Source of the DNA: Naegleria gruberi
Lineage: Eukaryota
NCBI GenBank assembly: GCA_000004985.1
Contig: GG738886.1
Reading direction: 5' to 3' (one strand)
Length of the DNA: 64,000 nucleotides
A model generated the notes under the pieces. It searched no databases. It was not told where the DNA came from and saw only the letters and a program-made list of their open reading frames with translations. Shown piece by piece: positions 35,384-46,502 of this stretch; position 1 is the stretch's first letter; each line of letters starts with the position of its first letter. The translations under genes were made by a program, and so were the position numbers.

Positions 35384-36784
35384 TCAAATACAATCATCTA
35401 CAATTGCATTGGATATGTTGCATTCTCTAAATTCAAGTAATTTCTTTCCAAAGTTGTTATTTTTCAATGAAATGTATTTCAAATGTTTGAATTTTTCGTA
35501 ATTTTCAAGGATTGAAGTGGCACCCTCTATTCCAATGAAATTAATATCCAATTCAATAATGGTCAATTGAGATAGTAATTTGGAATTGGAGAGGAGAATC
35601 ATTCCCTTGTTAGAAATCTTATTGTCATTCATTTTGAGAGTTTTTAAACTTTTGAGACAGTTAATGGTTGGATTGACCAATGCTTCAATGAATTCCCAAC
35701 CAAGTCTGCACTCTCTCACTGTTAAATTTTCCAAACTTTTTAAGGATTGGTTTCTAATGACGGATTTGAAAGCTTTCTCTCCAATTTTCAAACCAGACAT
35801 GTCCAAAGTAATCATATTGTTGAATTTAACTCGAGGAGAAATTGCAAAGGGTGAAAACATGTTCCAACCCATCCTTAATGATTTCAATTGTGTAAAATTC
35901 AAAGTTTCTGATAATTTAACCTCTTTCATATTATCAATTGAATATTTGAAACTTTTTTGAATATTCAAATAGGTCAAATTGCAAAGATTCGAATTTGGAG
36001 CAACAAGTAGTTCAAAATCTTGATCTGTGAATGAGCAATCAGATGCTGAAAGGTAGGTTAAATGAGAGGCATATTTCCAATTTGCAATGGATGATAATGA
36101 TACTCTTGCTTGGTCGATAATTAATTTCTCAAGCTTTGTAACTTTGGAATTTTCACTGAAAAGTGAACTCAAATTTAAAGAGGCACATCCAGAAACATCC
36201 AAAACCTTCAAATTTCCAATTAAATCCCTCTCCATTATTGTCAACAGGTCATGTTCAGCAAAGGTATAACTAAAATTGAGGTCAATCTTTAATTCTTCCA
36301 AATTTTTGAAAACTTGCATTGTTCCAATTCTATCAAACGGAAAATAATCATTTCGTATAATGAGTTTTTTCAAATTTTCACATTTCAATTCTTGTATTAA
36401 ATACAATGGCACAATTCCATTATCTTTCACTTCCAATTCCAAATATTGTTTCGAAAATCTATTCCCACCACAACCTTTATACGATTTAAAATGATTCGAA
36501 CTAATTTCTCTTAACGAAACCTTTCCCACACAATATCTAAACTGTCTACTCACCACCCCACAAACCCTCATCACAAAAACTCCCTCCAAATACTCGAAAA
36601 TATTCATCACCATTTCATTCAATAAAAATTCATTATCCGATGCTAAATTAAATTCGCAATACACTTCATCATCATTTAAATAATCGAGAGAGTGATCGTG
36701 ATAGAGAGGTGTTTGAGAAAGTGGTTTTTGATTGTTGTTATTGTTATTTGGAGGAGGAGATTTTTTGAATAGTTTTCTTGACAT
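35384..36784 (-). CDS. F-box/LRR-repeat protein.
   Basis: MVMNIFEYLEGVFVMRVCGVVSRQFRYCV F-box-like region. About 12 LRRs (LKxLxLxxN...). N-terminal PPPNNNNNN tract. Confidence 0.65.
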   Translation of the reverse strand: MSRKLFKKSPPPNNNNNNQKPLSQTPLYHDHSLDYLNDDEVYCEFNLASDNEFLLNEMVMNIFEYLEGVFVMRVCGVVSRQFRYCVGKVSLREISSNHFKSYKGCGGNRFSKQYLELEVKDNGIVPLYLIQELKCENLKKLIIRNDYFPFDRIGTMQVFKNLEELKIDLNFSYTFAEHDLLTIMERDLIGNLKVLDVSGCASLNLSSLFSENSKVTKLEKLIIDQARVSLSSIANWKYASHLTYLSASDCSFTDQDFELLVAPNSNLCNLTYLNIQKSFKYSIDNMKEVKLSETLNFTQLKSLRMGWNMFSPFAISPRVKFNNMITLDMSGLKIGEKAFKSVIRNQSLKSLENLTVRECRLGWEFIEALVNPTINCLKSLKTLKMNDNKISNKGMILLSNSKLLSQLTIIELDINFIGIEGATSILENYEKFKHLKYISLKNNNFGKKLLEFRECNISNAIVDDCI

Positions 36785-37104
36785 TTTTTAAAGTTTAAAA
36801 CTTCAAAGTTCAGAAAAAGAGTTTTGGTGGGATGCATTTCAGAGAATGTTTGATGAACCTGAATATGCATAAATTGAGATTGTGGAAGACATCAGTCAGT
36901 AATCAAAAATTAATATCACTGAAATATTCAATTTCTGAATAGAAGATCAATACAAAGCCCCTCAATATTTAACTAGAACACCAATTGTTCTAACTTCTTC
37001 CTCTTCACTGACCGATCCATCAGTCAAACGCCAAATGTCACTGAAGATCTAATCATTCATCAACAAAAAACTCTCCCAAATTAACTCAAAACAACAAAAA
37101 AAAA

Positions 37105-37809
37105 ATGGGTCAATCAGCATCTCAACCAAACAACATTTACGTCTCCAAGCAATTCTCCTCTCCCTTCTCACTCACAGAAAAAACTGTACAAACCTTCTCG
37201 GATTCAGTTTTTTCGGTTGCACAATCTGCCGCCTCTTCTGGTTCTTTTTTGGAGGGAAATTTTTCATCTGCACCGTTAAAAAGAGGCGGGAGTTTTAATA
37301 TTACCTCATCATCAACAAGTAGTAGTAAACAACATAGTCCAGGGAGTAGTGGAATTGGAGCAATGTATTTGGGAGGAGCAAATAGTACGGGAATTGGAGA
37401 ATTATTGTATGGTGGAAGTGCTAGTGTTCATAGTAAGAGGGAGAGAAGGCGAAGTGTTTGTGCTAGAGAAGTGAGAGTTGAAAAGTATTCGATTCGTCAT
37501 GAAGATTTGATTAAATCGTATTCATTGAGAGGGTATTTTGTGATGGATAGTGCTAATGTGTTTGTGAATGATAAGTTGGTTGTGCAGTATTGTCATATAT
37601 TTGGGCCAATTTCGAATAAGAGCCATTATATGAAAAGATATGTTTCGACCCAAGTGGAAGAAACACTAAATTTGGGAAATGATTCTAAATGGGTAGGAAA
37701 GGACTTTGATTTTATTATAAAACATGATTATAAGAGGATGATTACTGAAGAGAAACTAACCCTACCTGACAGCATTATCGTTTCAACAGTTGAAGAAATT
37801 AAGTGTTAA
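37105..37809 (+). CDS. Hypothetical protein; the MGQSAS N-terminus fits the N-myristoylation consensus.
   Basis: 234-aa ORF from ATG 37105. No recognised domain. Confidence 0.45.
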   Translation: MGQSASQPNNIYVSKQFSSPFSLTEKTVQTFSDSVFSVAQSAASSGSFLEGNFSSAPLKRGGSFNITSSSTSSSKQHSPGSSGIGAMYLGGANSTGIGELLYGGSASVHSKRERRRSVCAREVRVEKYSIRHEDLIKSYSLRGYFVMDSANVFVNDKLVVQYCHIFGPISNKSHYMKRYVSTQVEETLNLGNDSKWVGKDFDFIIKHDYKRMITEEKLTLPDSIIVSTVEEIKC

Positions 37810-38153
37810 TTTCTGTGCCAATTTGCCAAAGATTTTCAATGAAAATTACAAAAATTCAAAACTACAGTAGTGAGCCCACCATCCAAACTCTTGAGAAACC
37901 TTCAATTCAATTCCGAATCATGCATACCGTGGTCAATTCCGTTCAAAGAGCAATGCAAGGTGTAAAATCCCAGTATTCATTGTAATGCGCATAATCCTCA
38001 ACATTTGTGCGCTTCAACAAAACAATAAAGGCGGACACAAACTAAATCTCAACACTTTCAATTAAAACGCACGCTTTGCATTTTGATAAAACAACCAAAC
38101 AAAAAAAACAAAAAATCGTTTAGCCTCAATATTTATTAAATATCTTCATCAAC

Positions 38154-38567
38154 ATGTCCACTACTACAATTGAAGTCCCACAAGCATTCGGATGGGTCTT
38201 GCTTATGGCTGTTGCTCATGCCTTTGAACTTTTTGTATTTGGAGGAGTTGTCGGAAGCTATAGAAAGAAGCACAATGTCAAGTATCCTGATGTTACTGGA
38301 CCTGAGGAATTTAATCGTGCCATGAGAGTACATTACAATGCATTGGAAGGTGCTCCATTCTTCTTTGTTACCTTATTAATTTGTGGATTTTATTGGGCTG
38401 AATTAGCTGCCCTTGCTGGTTTCATTTACATTGTTGGTAGAGCTATTTATTGTGTGGGTTATCTTAAGAGTGTTGAAGGTAGAACTACTGGAGCAATTAT
38501 TTGTCATTTGGCCGAATTGATGTTGTTGATTGGTTCAATTGTTTTCATCTTTAAAATGATTGTGTAA
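38154..38567 (+). CDS. MAPEG-family protein (microsomal glutathione S-transferase 3 / LTC4-synthase-like).
   Basis: 137 aa with 3-4 TM helices. RAMRVHYNALEGAPFFFV...IVGRAIYCVGY matches the MGST3 pattern (RAHQNTLEVYPPFL...IVGRVLYAYGY). Confidence 0.75.
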   Translation: MSTTTIEVPQAFGWVLLMAVAHAFELFVFGGVVGSYRKKHNVKYPDVTGPEEFNRAMRVHYNALEGAPFFFVTLLICGFYWAELAALAGFIYIVGRAIYCVGYLKSVEGRTTGAIICHLAELMLLIGSIVFIFKMIV

Positions 38568-38652
38568 ATATACAAGCGAGCTCAATGATAAAATTCATTT
38601 TCTTTTAAATTCGTATACTTTTGTTTATTATTAGTGGACTAAGAATTGCATT

Positions 38653-39878
38653 CTATTGGAAGTTTAATACAATGGTTAAATCACATAATCGTTTAGCTAG
38701 TCTTGTTTGTTGAAGTTTCCTTGCAAATTGGTCCAGTTTGGTATTCCTCTTTCTTGTCCGAGCAAGTAATTTCATTTCTCTTTTAGTATTTCCAATAATT
38801 TCTTCCGTTTTCATAGATTTCAGTATTGTGAAATCCGAAAATATTGTATCATTTAATTTGTAAACTGGTGTAATATCCCAATCTCTAAACTCATCAAAAT
38901 AGGGATGTAGAAGAGCTTGAGACACTGTCATTCGATTATTTGGATTGAATTGTAAAAGGTTTTCCAATAAATCCAACTCATTACTATCCAAATAGGAGAA
39001 TAAACTAGCTATCTGTCTCTTCTTTGGCTCACTTCCAATTACATTTTGAATGCAATCCTTAATCATTTCTGGTTTCGAAGAAATAAGTCCAATCTCTTCA
39101 TCTGTGGGCATTCCTAAAATTTCAATCATAGTAATGATCATATCAATAGTACTATTACTCCTTAACAATGGTTTTCGTAAAATAAGCTCAGCAAGTAGTA
39201 ATCCAACACAGAACATGTCCATTTTGGCAGTGCACGAAAAATTAGTAGAAAATAACTCTTCAGGACTTCGATGAGGATTATTCCAAAGATACACTGTAAC
39301 GAAAGTATCTCCTTCCCTTTGCCAATTAAGAAACCCTTGCAGTGTAATTTCGCATTCAGTATTGACCATAATATTGAATGGCCTGATTCCTAAATGCACA
39401 ATTCCATTCACATGTAAAATTCTCAATCCCACCAATAGCTGAAAAATTATATATTTTCTATGAATTAATTCCAAAGATAAACTCCTCAACACGGTATGAA
39501 TATCAAAGAATTCAACATAAGTGCTCATAATAATCAGATCTTTTCCGATAACTTTCAACCTGCTTCCTAAATTCAAAGCTTTACAATCGGAATTATTTAC
39601 ACTCAAATTAATCATCAACATGGCACTCCTACAAATCAGCAAATGGTAGGGATGTTCATCCTCCTCGGTTATTTCCTTCTCATCAAACAAATTACAATAT
39701 TGCTTGATAAATAATTTATTCTTCCCTCTGAACCCTTTATAACATTTCAAATACTTTTTTGAGAATTATAATTCATTCCAATTCGTTTTTCCAATCATGA
39801 TGAACCTACACTTTTGTCGGTTATTTTTTCGAGTGAATGAAAGGATTTCTCCAGGTAGCTCAAGCTATCTTGATTCAT
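38653..39878 (-). CDS. MAPK-like (CMGC) pseudokinase, complement(join(38653..39756,39810..39878)).
   Basis: MAPK-like FQLLVGLRILHVNGIVH...MDMFCVGLLLAELIL...ILGMP..EEI...LLHPYFDEF. Catalytic motifs are degenerate: HRD becomes HLGIRPFN, DFG becomes QGF, and there is no GxGxxG loop. The 23-aa first exon MNQDSLSYLEKSFHSLEKITDKS is joined by a 53-nt intron gtaggttc..aaaaag at phase 0. Confidence 0.6.
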
Positions 39879-39925
39879 TTTTTTTAAATTTTAAGGAATC
39901 CAGTTGAAAATTATTCTAAATAAGA

Positions 39926-41892
39926 TTATTTCATTAGAGAATCAATGCATTCTTTGAGAACTAATTTGTGGATTGGCTTTGTGAGTAGTTGATCAAAGAG
40001 TGGTGATTTCTCTATCAATACATCTCCTGTCAACGCTACAACCTTAATATCTCCTTGATGTCTATTTCTAAGAATTTTGGTTGCTTCAACTCCATCTAGA
40101 ACTGGCATATTCTATAAAGAAATATATTATTTTCTTTTAATTTAAAAGAAACTTACCAAATCTGTAATAATAAGCTTGTGCCTTCCCTTATCAAATAGTT
40201 CAATTAATTCTTTTCCGTCATTGGCAGCATCTACAGAATAACCAAGACTTTCAATAAGTTTTGTAATGACTCTCCTGTTCACAGAATTGTCATCAGCAAT
40301 TAGAATTTCAGCTTTCGAGTTGCTTGCCTTATTTTGACAGCAAGTTGAAAAGAGACGAATATAATTTTCTTGAATGGCTAGTTGTCTCTTGATGGAAGGA
40401 TCAATTTCGTGTAAAGATTCGCTACTATTCTTACTTCTCTCTAATTTGCATTGTACAATTTCCAAAGGAAGAATTACAGTGAATTCTGCTCCACAATTTT
40501 CATCAGATTCCAATGTAATATCTCCTCTCATGGCTTGAACATTGTGTTTTACAGTTGAAAGTCCTAATCCACTCCTTTTTAAAGGATTAAAAAATGTTTA
40601 AGCTACATCTATACGTACCCAGGAATGATTGACTGATTCAAATTATGTAACTGTGCAAAAGGTTCAAATATTTTGGCTTGTTTTGATTTTGGAATGCCAA
40701 TTCCGTTATCTTTCACTTTGAAAATGATATCTCTTTCAATAACTCCATTCACCTGTCGTTCATCTCCTTGGACAAAGCATTCCAAATCGATGGAATCTCC
40801 AATTTTTGATGCCTTTACGCCATTGGTCATAAGATTTGATATTACTTGATGTATTCTAGTTTGATTAGCTCTCACAAAGAGGTCTTTCGCTTGTTCATCA
40901 ATTGAGACGTTCACATTGACTTGAAATTGTTTCGAATAACTCTTAATGATATTTCCCATCATTTTCACACAGTTATTCAAACTAAATATTTTGAAAAACT
41001 TGGTAGCCTCTGAAGATTTATCATCTGACTTCTTTTCATGTTCAATTTTCACAAGTGTCAGAACATCCTCAATAAGATTGAGTAAAATTCCATCCGAGGA
41101 GGCAATTGTCTCAACTAACTCTCTTTGATATTCTGTTAGATTTGTCTCTCTCAACAATTCAACACTTCCCAAACTACTCAAACAAGGAGATCTAAACTCA
41201 TGACTGATATGGCGAATAAAAACTTCCTTACTTGACAAGGCCATTTCTAACTCCTTTGCTGTTTGTTCCAATTTTGTTATTTTTGATTGGAGAGCTGAGG
41301 ATGTTGACAATACATAATAGCTCAATAAATAAATACACAAAGCAGTTGCCAAATTCTCGAATATTAACTCTATCGAATTCGAAAAGATCAAACTATGAAC
41401 TATTGTTCCACAATATAAGAAAAATGTTACAAAGAATGGAGCCAACGTATAATGCAATGAAGTCATCGTGTTTGATGACATGAGTATCAAAATATACATT
41501 GGAGAAAGGAGAGCCCGATTATCTGCCACCAAGAAGTACCTAAAACAAAACAAGAGCAATGAAACAGTCATTCTAACCTTTTCCTCTGCCTCTGTAGATC
41601 TCACAAGGCCCACTCCAAGCATGGAACGAATAAATTTTCCATTCACTATAACTCCAAATATAATACTACTCGTCATGATGATTAAATGTTGCCATCCCTT
41701 ACAAAATGAATAAGCAATCAGAAGGGCATACTCCATTATTAGTACTTTTAAAATTACGTTATCCTTCATAGGAAGCGTAAGTACATGTTTAAAGAAGGGT
41801 CTTAGTCTCGGATGTAAACTATCATATATTGCTTGATCCTCCAAATCCAAGGCAAATCCTCTCAAGGGATCCACTACTAATTTTCCCACCAT
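39926..41892 (-). CDS. Membrane-bound hybrid sensor histidine kinase (multi-TM N-terminus, HisKA, HATPase_c, REC), complement(join(39926..40111,40157..40574,40619..41892)).
   Basis: H-box IRHISHEFRSPCLSSL. N/G boxes NLMTNGVKAS and VKDNGIGIP. After the 44-nt intron, G2 SGLGLS. Receiver domain ILIADDNSVNRRV...LIITDL|NMPVLDGVEATKILRN...VVALTG...LTKP is split by a 45-nt intron gtaagt..tatag. Five to six N-terminal TM helices. Confidence 0.8.
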
Positions 41893-42263
41893 AATATTTA
41901 TCTACAGTTCGTTGTGTTGTTGTTTGTAAAAAAATTCTCTGCACAGGCAAACTTGTGTGATGAGGAGGTTTTTTTGTTCTCAAGCAAGCAGTAAAGTTCT
42001 TGATATTGTTGGTGGGGTGGTGACATGTTGTGAAGAGAGAGGGAGTTAATGAGTAAGAACTGAACATGATGAGCTCTAAACCTTAATAAGGACATGGATG
42101 GGAGATAAAATACAGAGGTCCAGATCCTCAGGAATTGAAAGATAAAAAGGTGGCCAATAAGATGTACTGCAATGGATAACACTATTAAAGTTAAATATTT
42201 TACAACACTTCCATTTGGTCTAGCTTTCCTTTATGTAAACAAATACAGAATTGCCATTAAATA

Positions 42264-43023
42264 TTAACCCAGGAAAACTTCACATTTACTGTACATTTTT
42301 CCATTCTTGTTGGAGGTGGCGAGGAAATGAAGCTTATCGACTGTGAATCTGATTGGTTTGGTGAATAAGGTTTCGAGCATTTTCTTTCGTTTCAATAGAT
42401 CTTTCTGTTGAGTAACATATTAAATAATGACAAAATTAAGAGTTTACCCTGATTTTGTAATGTAAACTTACAGTTTTAACATAGGAAATTGAAATATGAG
42501 GAACATATTCATGATTCTCTACAATATTAAAACACTCTACTATTAAATCATGCAATTGAATCAATAATTCATCTTTCCTCTCATCTCCAATCCAAACTTT
42601 AGGTTTCATTACAATAATTGAATTAATTGTATGTTCGAAAATATCCAACTCATCAAGTTCAATATCAAATGGTTGTATATCATGCTCCTTTAACAGTTGT
42701 TTCAACTTTCCTTTCGCCACACTGAATCCTGCCTGAGCAACGAAAGGGTAAGCACTGAAATAAAATCCGAAACAGTTATAACTCATCTAGATCTGTTGAA
42801 AAACTACATACACATTGATGTGTGCTGGCCAACAGGATTTATTTCCCTCATAGTCCAACACTTCATGTTCGGGATGGTGAGGAAATAATTGTGGCCACAA
42901 ATCGAGTGGTGGAATAATAGTACAAGCAGTGCTGACAGTTGTGTAAGTAGAAGAACTTGTTGTTGGTGCCTCGTCAGAAGAAGAAGAATTATCAGATGAT
43001 GATGCTTTTTGTTGCTTTTTCAT
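42264..43023 (-). CDS. 2H-phosphoesterase-like protein (LigT/CPDase-like, tentative), complement(join(42264..42404,42448..42754,42812..43023)).
   Basis: Three ORF pieces join in frame through 57-nt (gtatgt..ttcag) and 43-nt (gtaaac..caacag) introns. There is one clear H-x-S/T-x motif, PHISISY. The expected first motif reads AHINV, which is why the call is tentative. Confidence 0.4.
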
Positions 43024-43162
43024 TGTTGTTGGTGATGGTGATGAATTGTTTTTTTCTTGCTGTTTGTTTAATGCTACTGGACGATTTTGAACTTGATGAA
43101 AATAGTTTCAATTTCAAAGTTGAAACACAATTTTATGTAATTAATTGACTCTGCTAAAATGT

Positions 43163-44145
43163 CTAATACTGATTATATTTAAACATAATGTAAAGTACCA
43201 AGGCACTTTGAAACCAATTCAGAAAAGTTCCCTCCGTAATGGTTCTATTCTGTTTGAGCTCTGCCAGAACAGAACCGACATCTAGAACAATCTGATTACT
43301 ACTTGCTAATGAGGCGGCAATTGAATCATCCTCGAATGGATTTTCCAAATCTTCATCTCCTTCATCCAATACATCCTTTATAATTAAAATGTCTTGACCT
43401 AGTCCTCGTTCGCCCATTACTTCTCTCAAATGTGTCAATAATTTATCGAATTGACTTCTTGACATTGTATAGCAACTTTCCTCGACGTTAAAAGTTTTTG
43501 CATATCTATAGAACACATATCTTGAGATCCAATTATCTGTTTCATCAATTGATAATTTAACTTCATGAGGTTCAACATATTCCAGTTCAGAATCAAAATC
43601 TGCATATAAATCTCCACTCTTTTCACATTCTACCAAATCACTCTTCAATCTATCAATTTCTATCAATCCTTTATCCATCAATTCATTAATTTTAAGAATG
43701 GTGTCAACACAACAAGCCACAATATTCCGTTGATGAAGTGATTGTTTGAAATTATTACAATGTACAGTATTTACAAGTTTTTTCTTCTTTATAGAAGTTT
43801 CCTTCTTCTTTTGCTTCTCCTCCGATGAGGAATCATAATTCAATGCAGGAGGACCCTGATACAAATGATTAAAACTTTCTTCTTATCATTTGCATCATCC
43901 TTTTCCTCATCCTCCTCGGCTACCTGATTAGAGATTTGATTCCTCTCAAACAGCACTGATCCATTCAATATAAGTCTATCAATGATATTTAAAATTGATT
44001 GTCGTTGCTTTAAAAGGGTATCCTGATCAAGCATTGATAGAGTATCAGCTCCACCACCCATCAAATAGTCATCACGATAAGTCCTCCTATGATTGTTATT
44101 ATTATTTAGGAAGAGACAGAGTCCATCATCATAATCGGACAACAT
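43163..44145 (-). CDS. Acidic hypothetical protein, complement(join(43163..43855,43924..44145)).
   Basis: ATG at 44145. The two ORFs join in phase 0 across a 68-nt intron (gtagcc..tatcag). Lys-rich and acidic stretches. No recognised domain. Confidence 0.4.
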
Positions 44146-46502
44146 TTTCCAGCATATTAATAAATTAAATTGTTGTTATTATTATTTGTATTATTACTAT
44201 ATTACTATTATTGCTAATATATTAAATACTACTAGTATAATTATTGTTGTTGTATGAAGATGATGTTAAAGAGTTGAAGTGAAACTGTCTTTTTTCAACA
44301 CCAATAGTGATAGGCAATGAATGTTGACAATTTTTTTTCAATTCGGAAAGTTTGTTTAATGATGGTGATTGGATTTATTTGTATTGGTTGAGGTTTGATG
44401 GGAGTTGGACAATCGGAAATAGTGTAGGGCTTTGGCCTCTTTACATTCGATAGGTCCAAACAGAATAATAATTATTATCAGGGGGGAACAATGTTGATGT
44501 CCGCGTGTTACTGGAAAATAAAATAAATAAAATTATGGGTCAAAAAACTACTACCTAACAGCTGATTTTTAAAAAATATTACTGCACTCTTTTTTGGTTG
44601 ATAAAAGTAGTCATCGAATACTGTGGTATTATTTACAATAGTGGTATTATTACATTTAATATAGATTGAGGATATGATACAAGCCATCATCTTGTAGTTA
44701 CACTCAATTTTTTGAACAATTTTAATGGTTATTAATGTAGTACAAAAGAGGAGTGTAGTTGTTAGTTTTGATGGAGAGGAATTTTGACTTGATGTTGACA
44801 GTCAAGATTAAAACCATTGTAACGTAATAAATATATAGTTTAAGGATACCATTGTTTCGGAATCAGTGACACACTATGTAAGTGTTCGTATCATGTCTAT
44901 TTGTTAAGTATAATCGTGTTTTGATTGTTTGTGAAGGCAAATATGGTATCCCTTTATTTATATTGATGATTTTCTCTTATAAAAACCATCTCCTATAATC
45001 AAATAGCTCATTCTAGATATATGTAGATTTCAAATGCATAAGGTTCACTATAACAGTAGAATACATTGCTTTACGTGAATGCTGTGATTTTTAATGTTTT
45101 ATGTGCACTAGTAAATTAGTTCTATCTTCAAACGAATGACAGTTCAAAAATTGTATCTATTTTTTGGTGAAATTTTTGGAATAGGTAGTCAAAACACTCA
45201 TACATACCGTATGAGTATTATGACTGTATGATAATTAGAGAAGTGATACAAAACCGTGATGAGTGCAAACTGTAGAAATTTCAAGAGATGAGTTAATCGT
45301 GCAACCAGATTAAGAACTTAACTAAATTAGAACATTTTTTAAACCAGTAAAAATTAAGAGAAATCTCTCTACCAACTTTAGACAAGCTCATTTCTGATAA
45401 TTAAGAAGATAGACCATTCAAGATTTATAGAAAACGTAGTAATACATACACTCTCCAGAATTTGAGGAGATGAAGCTTTGGTACGACCGTGCAACATATG
45501 AACATGTTGTTAGAAAGTTTAGAATGTTATATCTTTTTGTATACACGGTAATTTCCCTTTGTCTTTTTACAGTAAATTGCACGAAATGTGATCATGAAGG
45601 AGCTGTCTATTCATCAAATAAAAACATGTATTTATTAATTCCGAGCACAAAGTCTGGGACTTTTGGTCAGTAACACTACTTTCAGGCCATTTTTGATCAC
45701 TATGTTCTCCCCTGATTATTATTAAATATTAATTAATTTATTAAATTATTATTATTATTGATTTGTATTTCCAACTTGGAAATTCCAACAATTGTTGGAG
45801 AAACAATAATACTATTGAAGAAAGAAGATGTTATCTGTTGGGTAAATGCATAGCAGAAGAAAGTTTGATTTGATGATTCCGTAATTTAGTCCTGTTTGTT
45901 TATTATCTTGTACTTCAATAATGAAGAAAATCCAATCTCCAAGATTCACCACATTTTGAACAATCTAATTGGCAGTTTTGTCATCAAGATTGATAAAAAT
46001 TTCAAACAATAAATTTACTATTCTACTATTTTGATGAATATCCAAAGGTGATGTACAGTCAACATCAATATTTTCTGTGTTGAATTGATGAAGAAAATCA
46101 GTAATGATTTTGATGAGCCACTCTCCAATTCCAAATACTTCAAGTACAAAGGAGCTGATTATCAGCTCATAAAGTTATGAAATTCTCAGAATTTCCGATG
46201 CACTCAAAGACACTTCAACACACACCAAGCCAATTACCGTTTTGCTTGTTTGAATTTTAATATTTTTAAAAATTCAAACTTAAAACAACATCATGAGGAA
46301 TCAATCAATTGGTGTTGTTTGAAGGCGGCTGCATTATAGAATCTTTTTACAGTACAAATGGTGATATCTCTAGAAAACTTTTGCTTGACAGGTGCTGATT
46401 TCTTCACTAGAAAAGCAATATCTAAGTTTTACTTCTAACGGAGCCTCTATTTAATTTAGATTAACTGAAAAAAACAATCAATTTCCATCATTTAATTATT
46501 TA

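Noticed and set aside
40609-41892. Ethylene-receptor-like copper site in the HK N-terminus (C-x4-H in SFCKGWQH).
   Set aside because: The spacing and the surrounding helix sequence do not match the ETR1 C65-x3-H69 motif; only a loose resemblance.
44146-46502. Spliceosomal snRNAs U1, U2, U4, U5, U6 and 5S rRNA in the long intergenic regions.
   Set aside because: I scanned by eye for the conserved cores (acttacctg, ggcttttggctaag, gatacagagaagattagcatgg, gcctacggccatacc) and found none.
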